A stretch of DNA of 64,000 bases, taken from positions 2,418,001 to 2,482,000 of the forward strand of contig BQFW01000013.1 in NCBI GenBank assembly GCA_020891255.1, read 5' to 3'. The first letter of the stretch is position 1; the number at the start of each line of letters is the position of its first letter. Shown piece after piece: positions 37,442-48,249 of the stretch. Origin of the DNA: Entomortierella parvispora E1425. Its lineage: Eukaryota > Fungi > Mortierellomycota. A program made the position numbers and the translations under genes. The notes beneath the pieces were generated by a model. It did not search any database and was not told where the DNA came from. It worked only from the letters and a program-made list of their open reading frames with translations.

Positions 37442-38289
37442 TAGCTACACTTATATGTTTTAATAATACTCTATTGTTCAAAGAGTCTGAAGTCGTCTAA
37501 GAGATAACCGTCGTTAGCTTGGTATTTGTATGGTATCCTACTACCGATGAGGGCCTCCAGGGAGTGGATGGTAATCACGACTTCTTGGTAGCGGAGAGCT
37601 AGGACTTCATGGTGGGGCAGATCCATGTCGATTACTAGCCTGATGTGAGTGAGTGTGAGTGCGGAGCACGAGCTGCGCTATAAAGACGTCAGCCTGAACT
37701 AAGTCTCCGAAGGAGACAGTGTCCCTAGAGCAAACTTATTGGTGTCTTGCGCGCGATGGGTGGTAGTCCGAGCTAAGGCCACTAAAAGGAGGACGCGCCT
37801 TTATCCCAAGCAAAAAAAAAAAAAAAATGAGAAGTACTGTGGTGTCAGGTGAAAAGCACCATGTCAACAGAAAAAAAAAAATAGTAGATCTGCCACTCTT
37901 CCATGGTACTCGATTAGAATCCTCCTGCGCGTGAGGGCGAAAGCCCGAACTGGGCCTCCAGCGGAGGCTCATCATTGAAAATAAGAGCTGGAAATCCGGG
38001 CTCGGATAGCCCAAAGTCTGAGCGCGAAGCGCGAAGTTGTCTCTGTTATTCTCCAATGAACAAAATCCTGATCCCTGATCATCTTCCTCTCTGACCTGTT
38101 GCTCAGATAAACTATCTCCATAGTTTATTACACCGGCCTTCGCCCCTGTAGGTGATCGTCTTTCCTTGAAGGACTCCAGAAGGTGACGAGTCACATCGTT
38201 TTTTCGCAAGCACACACACGACGTAATAAATTGATCAAAACAAAAAAAAAAACCTCCTCTACGTTCTACTGCTCCGCAACTCTCTACGG

Positions 38290-38432
38290 TACAACCCGCT
38301 GACCCGCTGCTACTGCTCTGTCTACCGTATAACCCGCTGCTACTGCTCTGTATACCGTACAACCCGCTGCTACTGCTCTGTCTACCGTACAACCCGCTGC
38401 TACTGCTCAGCAACTCTCTGCCGTACAACCCG
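38290..38432. repeat. 30-bp tandem repeat (ctgctactgctctgtctaccgtacaacccg), about 3.5 copies plus partial units
   Basis: Directly visible. It is followed by a tataaa near 38448, upstream of ORF 38543. Confidence 0.9.
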
Positions 38433-38542
38433 CCAATCTCACATAGATATAAACCGTGTATTCCTCTCTTTTCTCGTCTTCTCTTGAATCGTAAATTGAG
38501 CATTCTCTTTTAACACATGGAATTTAACTTCCCATTCTTCGC

Positions 38543-40462
38543 ATGTCTCCATACTCCAACACAAGCAAACACATTGTAGCCACCAGGGATGCGATCGAAT
38601 CGCTTAGTGGTGAAAAAGTCAATGGCGCTCAAAATGTCTCCTGCGACGGTGTAATAGTCATCGACAAGACATGGTATTCCAGAGTTGCCACGAAGCTTCA
38701 ATACTACGGTTTCCCGACAAGTAAACCGAATCGCGCCATTGACCACAGCGAAGTGCTGGAAGAATACAGGAGCAGCGACACGATGATGGGCGGCGGGGTT
38801 AGCGTCAACATGATCTTTGTATGCGCCACGGTTGCCGCTGATACATGGGCTCATGCCGGTCCGATTATGGCTTGGACAGGTGCTGCATTGAGTAGCTCGG
38901 TTGCTGCTCTAGTTGGTGGTATTTGCAAAGTGGTGTCACCGGGTGACGAATCCAAAGTTCAAAAAATGATGACAGCAGCAGTGCCAAACGACGAAACGGC
39001 ATTGATCAATGATGTCGATCTCGCGTTGGATATTGACGGCCAGAAAGTCTGTGGATGTGATGACGGCGGACTGTGTGCGAGTCATTACATACAAACCATT
39101 GTGAATACTCGCAAAGACACGTCCATGCCAGCTGAAGAGTTCATAGCGAATGCCGCGCGATCATCGGTCGTCACTAGCATCGATCTAACCCGTGTGGCAA
39201 CCTCCAGTGTGCTCAAAACTAGACCGGCTGCTGCCCATATCGAGGGTGGCAAGTGGTACGAGTACGTCCAGAACAGTCGTATTCCACCGTTGCTGTGGCA
39301 ACGCCATTTTGGAGTCCCTGTCGTATTGAACAGCACGACCAACCAATGGCTCGCGGCGGGGTGTATTATAACTGGTTCGCGCTTGTCGGTTGGGGGATAT
39401 TTGTCCGACTGTGGCGCACTGAGGGTTGCGGATGAAGACAATAATAAGTCGTATGCATTTGAAGCTGCGAGGGATGAACGGGCATGGAGAGAAACGATCG
39501 GTGCGGCAGAGGTGTGTGTTTCGGTACAAGTCACCCACACGTGGAACTCACTAATGAATGAGATGGCTGTCCTTTCTCGTAATGCCGGCCTTCCGTTTGT
39601 CGTGCTCGAAACTCTAAGTGCCAGGCAGAGGTCATGCATGCTCGTACTTGATTCGTGCCTGCAGCATTGTGTATTGACCGAAGATGCTGGCGCAATGTCG
39701 TTCCCCGATCTGGTCACTACTCAGATTGTCAATGGATACAGTGATCAGGCTGAGGATATTGCGCTACATGCATACAACAACGGGTTGTTTCTGGGGTTTG
39801 GTGTTGCTGGAGCAGTATTCGATGATGACCACCCAGCTGTGTATGGATCGCTTTGTCGTAGTATGATGGCTGCCTGCCAGTACCGCCGGACAACGCCGTG
39901 TTCCCAAGCCATTTGCTATACAATCTTATGGAACTTGCTAAATGGAAGACACCGTTCCTTGGAGAAGGGTGTGTATGTCAAGTGGGGGCTGCTTGCCGAA
40001 AAATTTAGCCTGCCCGAAAAGCTGGAAAAGTGGAAATTGATCGAGTGGTCCATCTGTGTAGAGTTGTGTGGAGAGGAATGGGTCAAGGAAACGACACTTA
40101 TGGCTGATCATCTACCAGCTGATGGTTCTGTCAGTCCAAGCGATCTATGGGCCCGCACGATGTATCGCGTTGGACATCAAAACGGATGTAGCGTTGAAGC
40201 GTTGGTGACTTATTTCTGTGCAGACTGCGATTGCACGCCTGAGGTCGTTTGCAGTTTGCACGGTAGCGATCACGGTGGAAGCGATGCGATGGGAGAATTG
40301 GCAATGCTAATGGAGAAGACTGCATTTGGCATGATCACCCAATCTTTTGGGTGGTTGCTTTGTGGCGTTGCTTGGTTCCGACGCGCCTTACATCTGCGCT
40401 GTGGATTTATGGGATACGCTCTTATCGGCGCAGGTGCGAAAGCAGATGCCACCTGTGCTTGA
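38543..40462 (+). CDS. Orphan intronless ORF, 639 aa, unknown function
   Basis: Long uninterrupted ORF, Cys/Ala/Trp/Val-rich and globular-looking, with an upstream TATA-like box and an AT-rich 3' region. No family motif recognised. Confidence 0.8.
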   Translation: MSPYSNTSKHIVATRDAIESLSGEKVNGAQNVSCDGVIVIDKTWYSRVATKLQYYGFPTSKPNRAIDHSEVLEEYRSSDTMMGGGVSVNMIFVCATVAADTWAHAGPIMAWTGAALSSSVAALVGGICKVVSPGDESKVQKMMTAAVPNDETALINDVDLALDIDGQKVCGCDDGGLCASHYIQTIVNTRKDTSMPAEEFIANAARSSVVTSIDLTRVATSSVLKTRPAAAHIEGGKWYEYVQNSRIPPLLWQRHFGVPVVLNSTTNQWLAAGCIITGSRLSVGGYLSDCGALRVADEDNNKSYAFEAARDERAWRETIGAAEVCVSVQVTHTWNSLMNEMAVLSRNAGLPFVVLETLSARQRSCMLVLDSCLQHCVLTEDAGAMSFPDLVTTQIVNGYSDQAEDIALHAYNNGLFLGFGVAGAVFDDDHPAVYGSLCRSMMAACQYRRTTPCSQAICYTILWNLLNGRHRSLEKGVYVKWGLLAEKFSLPEKLEKWKLIEWSICVELCGEEWVKETTLMADHLPADGSVSPSDLWARTMYRVGHQNGCSVEALVTYFCADCDCTPEVVCSLHGSDHGGSDAMGELAMLMEKTAFGMITQSFGWLLCGVAWFRRALHLRCGFMGYALIGAGAKADATCA

Positions 40463-40792
40463 AATAACACAGCACAGCCTACACATAACTATATAAGTAC
40501 AAAATCTTCATTATCACCCTTCCAATGAATTTGACATAGCTTGGATTGAGCTTGACTGCTGTCAGGTGGAAGGTCATCAGAGATATCATCATCCGCAATG
40601 ACACATCATTCGTCCAACATGGAAAAAAAATCAATGGTAAATCGAGATCTGCATCTCAGTAGGAACAAAACACAAGCGTTCTCTTGTCGATACGTTTTCT
40701 TATCATATTTCTCCCTCCCCGACACTCCTGCAAGACGTGCATTTACCCACAAAGACAACAACCAACCACTGGCTTCGACACTTGGTAAACAA

Positions 40793-43408
40793 TGTTCTGG
40801 TTGAGACCGTGATTTTTTCCAAGTAAAACTCTAAAAGTGACAGAAATTGTGCTTTTGATTGTAATTTCAGGCAATTTGTAAATAGGTACGGAGGGAGAAT
40901 GCAAGGAAGAGACCAGGAAGGGGACAAAGGCAAGGACAGGGGACAAGTACAAGGGAGGAAGCAGAGTTGGAGGATTGAATGAGGTTTAATGAGTTAGAGA
41001 GATTGGGTGTAAATATGTATCAGTGTGGCTATGGTGGTTCTGTGCAATAGGAGTATCGAGAGTGGCGAGACAAGGAGTGCGTTTCATTATATTGCAAGTT
41101 TCTATTTATCACTAGGAGCGGTATTTTAAAATTTCGTCCACCTCATACTCTTCTTCGCCGTCAATTATATAGTAGAGTCCGCGGGGGCAGGAGCTCGAAT
41201 GCCGAGTGGCTCTGGGGACGGCAAGTAGGGTCGAAAGGGATCAACAAGGAAGACGTCATGGATCTTGTAGAATGGCGGCAGCTCGACGCGGAAGGTGACA
41301 GGTGGGTGTTGCTCCAAAAGTGTGAACGGCCCAAGGAACTGAGGTCGAAGCTTAGCGGATGGTCTGACACTGTCGACAGGGATGGTAATATTGGTGGCAC
41401 GCAGCAGGACCTTATCACCAACCTTGTACTTGTGATCCCGTCGTCGTTTGTTCGCCTATTTCTCCTGATGATCCTGGGCACGCTGCAGAGCATCCTGGTC
41501 CAGAGCAAGGGTGGTTGCCTTCTCAATCAAGAGGGTGTCAACAATGGGGACTGAGCTGTTGGGTTTACTGAGGAGCGCCGTGGGAAGGCGAGGGTGCTAG
41601 CCAGAGTTGAGGAAGAATATCGAGTATCCGGTGGATGCATTGTTGGCGTTGATGTAGGCGAATTCTGGTGACGGAAGGACCCGGTCCCTTTAGACTGTTT
41701 GTTATCAATAAACGTCTCAACATAGTCTTCAACGTATTGTTCATAACCTCTGCCTGTCCATCCGTCTGTGGGTTGTAGGCGGTTGACAGTGCAAGTTTGA
41801 CATCCATCCATTAGCTTGTGCAACTCCTGCCAGAACCTAATAGTGAGTCGAGTGTCTCGGTCCGAGATGATGGCTGTTGGGGCGCCATGCAGCATGAAGA
41901 TGTTGTCAAAAAACCAGTGGGCGACGTCGACGGCTATGGCGGAGATAGTACCGGGGACGAAGTGAGCTTGCTTGGTGAGCTTGTCGACAAACACTGTGAT
42001 GGCGTCAAAGCTCCCAACTGTGTGGGCGGAAGAGGGCCGGTGAAGTCCACGGTGACTACCTCCCAACGTTGCGAAGGAAGGGTAGGGGTTGCAAGAGTCC
42101 AGCTTGTCGATCCTGGGAGTCCTTGTTCCTTTGACACTTCTCTCAGCTGGCTACGTACTGCTGGGTATCCTTGGCGATGTGAGGCCAATATACGAAACGG
42201 CGCTGGTTGTCGTAAGTCTTCTGAAAACCAAAGTGTCCAGCAGTGGCAGAGTCGTGAGCGTCGTGCAAGAGAGTGAGGCGGATCGGGGAGTGTCGAGGGA
42301 TGGCCAGGGTGGTTGCTCCACGTCGGGTAAAGTAGAGGAGGTTGTTCTGGAATGAATATCCATTGGCAACCTTCCCATCCAGGCAATCCTTGTAGATGGG
42401 TCCAAGTCGAGGATCGTCGTTGTAGTCCTGGACAAGCTGGTCACGGACGTCCGATGACAGGGAGACACTGAGGTTGTATAGCTCAACGGGGTCAGGGTCG
42501 CGGTAGTCCGGTCGTCGAGAGAGGGCGTCCGGGACGATGTTGTCAACTCCTCGCTTGTACTTAAAGTCAAAGTCGTATTCCTAAAGCAACTCCATCCAGC
42601 GAGCCTGTCGACGAGTGAGTTTGGGCTGTGTGGGAAAGTGGCGGAGGGTGGCGTGGTCGGTGTGGACGCTGAACTTGGTTCCATCGAGGTAGTAGCGCCA
42701 AGAGCGGAGGGCATGTATGACAGCTAACAGCTCCTGCTCATGGGTGGCGTAGTTCCTCTCGCCTGACTGCAACTTCCTGGAAGTGAATGTGATGGGATGA
42801 GCATTCCCGTGTCAGTCAATCTGCAGCAGCACTGCACCGATGGCGAAACCGGATGCATCTGTGTCGACAAAGGTGACAAGGCCGGGGTCAAAGATGCGGA
42901 GGACGGGGGCGGAGCAGATGGCCCGCTTGAGTTGAAGGAATGCAGACTGCGCAAGCCCCAAAAATTGTTGAACGTCTTTTGTGCTCCCAGGGGTGGGGCC
43001 AGGCTTTGTTCGAACTTCAAAGCCCCCAAATGAAAATTCTTTGAATAAAAGTTTCATGTGCGCTCTATCTTGCTCTTTATCTTCTTTGAGAGAGCAGAGG
43101 AATGGAGAAAACCAGGGTGGGACCAAGAGCGGGACATATCCGGGTCTGGGTCCAGTTCGACCACAGAAATAGGTGAGCTCAGCTCATGTTTTGATTCCAT
43201 CCTTGGTGATGGTGTGGCCCAAAAATTCAGTTGCTCAATTTCGCGTACAGACCATTCTTGCGGAGGAGACCCAGGACGCTTCGGAGATGCTGCAGGTGTT
43301 CTCTCTTGATCTTGGAGTAGATCCACAGATCATCGAGATACACGACAACCCATTTGTCGAAGACTGGATCGAGTACTCGCAACATCATATTGGAGGAGCG
43401 TTAGTTAG
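40793..43408 (-). mobile_element. Ty3/Gypsy chromovirus remnant 2, same family as remnant 1, in inverted orientation
   Basis: Minus strand: LTNAP...VVVYLDDLWIYS (RT), DVQQFLGLA, TDASGFAIGAVLLQ, ERNYATHEQELLA, integrase, IIDGEEEYEVDE, then a deletion into LTR sequence shared with 35170-35238 (ctcgatactcctattgca). The LTR appears to end ...accagaaca near 40793. Confidence 0.92.
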
Positions 43409-44260
43409 ATCCAGATGCCAACTGCACAACAACAGCCTAGTAGTACCCCGACAGTGGCGGCAGTTGCCACCCTTGCGAGATCGGGTTCAGGCAAGAAGGT
43501 GGATCACCACCAGCACTCACGTCGCCGATCCATCAGTCGAGACCGCGGTCATGGACACGGACATGGACCTGAGCACGAGTCGTTTGCGCTTTCACCCACC
43601 AGTACCAGTTCAGCCCACTTTTCGACCAGGAATGGTAACAGTAGCACAGCTGCTCAGCAGCAGGCCTTGCAGCAGCTAGAGCAACAACAGCAACAGCATC
43701 AAGACCAAAAAAGTAGACGGCTCATACTTATAATCTTTAATACACCATGGGTTCATCATGTTCAGTTCTCCTGCTTGCCTTGTTCATCATGCTCAGCTTT
43801 CCTGGTTGCCATGACCCAAGCTCCTTCACTCTTTTTTTTTTTTTTTCCTATCTCTTGTCGAGTAAACTCTGGCCATATTACGCTATGTTCGATCCAAGGG
43901 GCCATGAGTGTTGACAAGAGAGAACAATAACTCTTGACGGGGGCCTGGCTCTAGAAGAGGTCGCCCCAGGACTAAACATATTTTTTGATGGCTTGTTCAC
44001 GCTAGTGAGATGGGTTTTCTCTGTTGCAACCTGGTCCTTGCCCTACAAAGCGGCTCTCCTTGGATCTTCTGGGTTCACGTGTAGTCCCCAACGGAGACAG
44101 AACGATGGAGCGGTTGGAACTGTTGCGGACCTGGTTGCATGAAAATAAACAAACAAGAACGGAGCTCACAAAGAACTTGTCTTTGTATCGATGAACGCCT
44201 CTTTTTCCCTCACAGAGGACTTTCTTAAATGGAGGACTGGATTTAATCCTTGTCAATATA
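43409..44260 (+). pseudogene. Partial duplicate of the FUSC/ArAE gene 3' end and downstream flank (copy C)
   Basis: 43409-43715 matches ~27029-27425, 43715-44090 matches 27425-27780, and 44150-44260 matches 28640-28745. The intervening secreted-protein gene is absent from this copy. Confidence 0.9.
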
Positions 44261-44396
44261 CTGTAATAAAATTACTTGGCAACTATGGCTTGAATGCGCT
44301 TTTGATCAGCTCATACACATAGAGTTGTAGACGCTGAAGACATCCGAAGTTACACAGGCGCTGGTAAAGAAGGCATGTGGATAGGAGCAGCTGGTG

Positions 44397-44909
44397 TTAG
44401 CGGCCGTCAAACACGATTTGCACACGCGAACCTCCACAGCCTCCGTTTTCATGTTCCCGTGCACCATCTCCTCTATTGTCCTCAACATGGTCGCTGTACT
44501 CATATTTTCCCCTCTCGTCAACAACGTCGTGTGAGAGACTGCATGTCTTTGTAACGTGTCCATATTGTGTGTCTGACAATCTCCACCCAGAAATAAGAGT
44601 ATTCAGGTTGATGGGGCTGCCGAATACCGCCAATTTTGAGCTTGTTTGGTACACGATAATCGCCTCTTGTCCCTTGTACGTGCCTTTGCAGCACTTGTCA
44701 GCCTTTTGGTATTCGAATTTTTGGAGGACATCTCGGAAAGCAATGATGCCAGCACCCGCACATGGACCATGGTATCCGAAATCGGGACCGTGTCGGTCGC
44801 AGGCATGTTGCACGTTGTTGTTCGGATAGTTCAGCGTTCCATACGTGCATGTGAAGGCTTGAGCAGCCCCCGACACGAACGCAAGCAAGGAGATCGAAGC
44901 GAGGCGCAT
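44397..44909 (-). CDS. Secreted colicin-D-like (tRNase fold) protein, 170 aa precursor
   Basis: Signal peptide MRLASISLLAFVSGAAQA, then QHACDRHGPDFG...AFRDVLQKF...KGTYKG..AIIVY..S.KLAVF...NTLISGWRLS...Y. This is collinear with the colicin D nuclease domain (KHAGDFG...KFRDAIEEH...KGTYR...VYFNP...FLSGWK). TATATAA lies about 65 nt upstream of the ATG. Confidence 0.8.
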   Translation of the reverse strand: MRLASISLLAFVSGAAQAFTCTYGTLNYPNNNVQHACDRHGPDFGYHGPCAGAGIIAFRDVLQKFEYQKADKCCKGTYKGQEAIIVYQTSSKLAVFGSPINLNTLISGWRLSDTQYGHVTKTCSLSHDVVDERGKYEYSDHVEDNRGDGAREHENGGCGGSRVQIVFDGR

Positions 44910-47900
44910 TCTTGTTTTGTTTTGACCTGAGTTGGTGCTTGATCTATGGGGCAAATTGCGCAAACTCGGTGGGTTATATAACTCGGATGGTCAATCTTGG
45001 ATATACAATTGTAAACTTACAAGGTTGCTCGGTTGTTTGTGTGCGTAGTTGAGGGACTTTTGAAGATGCTGAGGTAGGATCGCAGGTGTGTTGGTGAACA
45101 ACGAAGTCCACAGGCTACCTCTATATTTATACGGAAGAGGAAGGGCATCCTGTCGACACAGCGCGCTGCCAGGGAGTGCACAATCTCTAGCGCGCGACAT
45201 CCTGAACTCAAAAAAAAAATGCCCCCTGTTCGCTCTCCTCGGAGCGATTTTGCTCAATTGTTCCGCGTCCAGATCCATTGGCCTTCGTTGAATTGTGCAA
45301 GCCTACGAACCGTGCGCCTCAATGATATCGAGGAGGCCGAAGGGCAAACTTCAGCAACTGTATTTGTGCCAAAGTGTCCAGTACAAACATTGTAACTGGT
45401 CTCTTTCAGGTTCATCACGACCTCGTTTCGACCGCAAGTCTTTCGTGCTGACGGAAACACTACACAAGCATGAGATATGCAGATCAGTGCACAAGCCTCG
45501 CATTTTTAATTTTCCCGCTTTTGCAGAGTCCGCTATCATGCACTATGCACAGGAATCTTCTTGGAACTTCACAAAATGCCGCGGAGTCGGCATTCAAGCA
45601 TCTTGCATAGAAGTTTTTCTCTGTGCTTGATGGTTTTGACTCAGATATTTTCACAGAGAAGTATAGGACAAAACGCAAGAGTCAGGAGAGGACGGTGCCT
45701 GATCGCTCTTTTCAAATGGTTCCTATAGATCTGCCAGCTGTAAACCGAAACGTGGCCTGGAGGACCACGTAGTTTCAGTCTGTTCACAAACGATAGAGTC
45801 GATCTGTTTAAAGTAACTAGGCTTGGTTTTATTGTCCGCGGAGCACATTGCTTCTAGACTTGAAGTAGATTGATCTGACGCGTGCCAGGTTCGGTGGTTA
45901 GGTCCACAACTTCCAAATTCGGCGCTAGATTCCACCTGCCAGTAACTCTCATGCAAAAGGAGAACAAGCAATCCCTCATTGGTCTGAATGATCTGACTGA
46001 AAGCGAAGGGTGATTTCCGATACTCAACCTTTTTTTTAAAAAAAAAATACTTCTGGACCATGGTGACACTCCAAACAAAACAAACAAACAAACAAAGAGG
46101 CGAAAGTTCATGACCCAGACGTTCCGCTGGCATCGATATAGAAACTGTGCGGTGCAGTATTTGGTTTGTGCTACTATTATTGACTTGTCGGATGTTCTCC
46201 CTTTTAGGACCAGCCACGTCGCACAGGCTCTGGCCCAACAGCTCAAGCCAAACATAGAGCATGTGCCTGCCATGTGTCTGGATCTGGGGCCCAGATGCCC
46301 AAACCTCCAGATCCAGCCTTTGCCTAGATCTCGCAAATCGGTATACAAAGGAATGACACTCACCCACCACGGGGCAAAAAAAAAAAAGAGGAGAGCGGAA
46401 AGGTAGGTGGCAATGTGTTGAACATTCAGCACAGGGCCGTGGGGAAAGGAAGTTGAATCAAAAATGGCAGGCACAGCCAGCGCGTCTTTTTTTCTTTTGA
46501 GACATTCACCTACCTCCGCTCAAGACACGACAGGATTCGGATGCACTCCCATGACACATTTGCACCCGACAAGAGATGCCACGATGCATCTCCTACTACA
46601 ACTCAACTCGCATGGCATCGGATGGGGCGAATCTGGACCATTTACTCGGACTAATGTTATGGAGCCGGCCATCACGAGATGCCGGATGCCAGTGAGCGGG
46701 AGGCGCCACCGACGCAATCGATTGGACTGGACCCTGGACTTGAGTTAAAGATCACCTTCATATCGACATCCCTGGTCAGAGATCCACTGAGCGAAGGGAA
46801 ATGAGGTTGGTCACTACGTTCTTAATGCCCATCTCAATCATAGAATCAATTTTGCCATTGAGTACATCTTCGAATGGTTACATCATTAGGATGTCTTCTG
46901 CCACGTCTTCTATCACATTACGACATACTTCACCCTTGGAGGTTGCTCTGCTCTGCCCGTTATTCTTCCTGCTAGCCCAAAGAACCCTGCCAAGCAGTCC
47001 ATTCAAGTGATCAGTGCATAGAGGTAAGTATCATGGATAGCATGTCGGGGGGTTTTATGTCTATACTGGACCGTCGACTTATCAACAGCTTTGCAGGAGA
47101 CAGGAGGCAGGAGGCAGGATGTTGATGGGAGGATCAGTCCTGGAATCAAAAGCATGCTTATGGTCATACGACCTCATGATAGATACAGGAGAGGATTGCG
47201 TTCTGGTTTTCGACTTCAATGAACTGTACGAACTCACTGAAAGCAACTCAGGGCTAAGTTGCCAGTCACCAACAATTTTTTTTTCTTTTTTCCTCGATAT
47301 CTTGCTTCAGAGAGACAATGCTATTCCCTTGCTCGCTTTGCAAACATTTGCATAGGTATTGGATTGACCGGCTGGGAATAGCCAAACTCGAGGGAATGAT
47401 TCACTGATTCTAGAGTCTGTCCTTTGAAGGGTCCGTCACCAACCTCGTACGCTCTTGGAGGATTCACGGATTGCCTCCTCCACATCAAGGACGTTAAGAA
47501 CATTGACGATGGTTAACAGAGTCAAGCAGGAGGTGAACCTGTGGAGGGCGAAAAACAGGAGGCCCAAGATTTTTCTCAACAAGTAGAGCCTCAATATGAA
47601 AGAGGAGGAGACTGAGGAGGATATTTTCATCGAAACATATGACTACCGGAGCGAAGACAAGGACGGTGAGGATGAGATCCAAGTAGAAAATGTTGAAAAT
47701 CCCTATGGAACAGTCCTGCAGCGGATGTCCGCGGATAGAAGGTGATGGCACAGGCTGCTGCCATTGAAGGAGTCCAGGGATTAACAAGGGCCACTGCAAA
47801 GTTGCGGTGCGGTCGGGACCCCAACTCTACCCAAGGACTTGGATTCAGTGGTCAAAAGCTCATGATGATGAAAGCTAATGCCGCATAGAGAATGGACATG

Positions 47901-48249
47901 GATGCAGGTACAAGAAGAAGCGACAGTGGGCCTGGGCCTAAGTGCGGAGGAATCGAAGCCGAAGACCACCCTGTGCATGATCCGAAAAATGCAGTGCGGG
48001 AAGGGAATCGGAACCATATAACAGTAGCAAATAAAGACACGGTCATCGTCCATTGATACAAGTACCACATAGATCGATTGTGTGCAAGGCAGGAGATCCA
48101 CACCGCGATGTCGATAACAGTCTTGTCAGCATGAAAACTATCAAAAAAAAAGGGAAAAAAAAGTGAGCTCAAAATGGGCGAAGCACGTTTACTGATGTTC
48201 TCCCGTTTGTTCCTCTCATCTCAAGTCTCCTTTTCCCAATCCCCTTCCT

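Noticed and set aside
37736-38503. 255-aa minus-strand ORF between the two orphan genes
   Set aside because: It runs through the 30-bp array and poly-T tracts. Part of it, plus a short exon-like segment at ~37619-37473, might be a gene remnant, but no coherent model could be built.
44397-44909. Bacterial contamination or endosymbiont contig as the source of the colicin-like and YbaY-like genes
   Set aside because: Both are embedded among intron-containing fungal genes and fungal TEs, with eukaryotic TATA/signal features and no operon structure or Shine-Dalgarno context.
45300-48200. Many short ORFs on both strands
   Set aside because: No recognisable motifs or consistent exon chain; probably degraded gene fragments and intergenic DNA.
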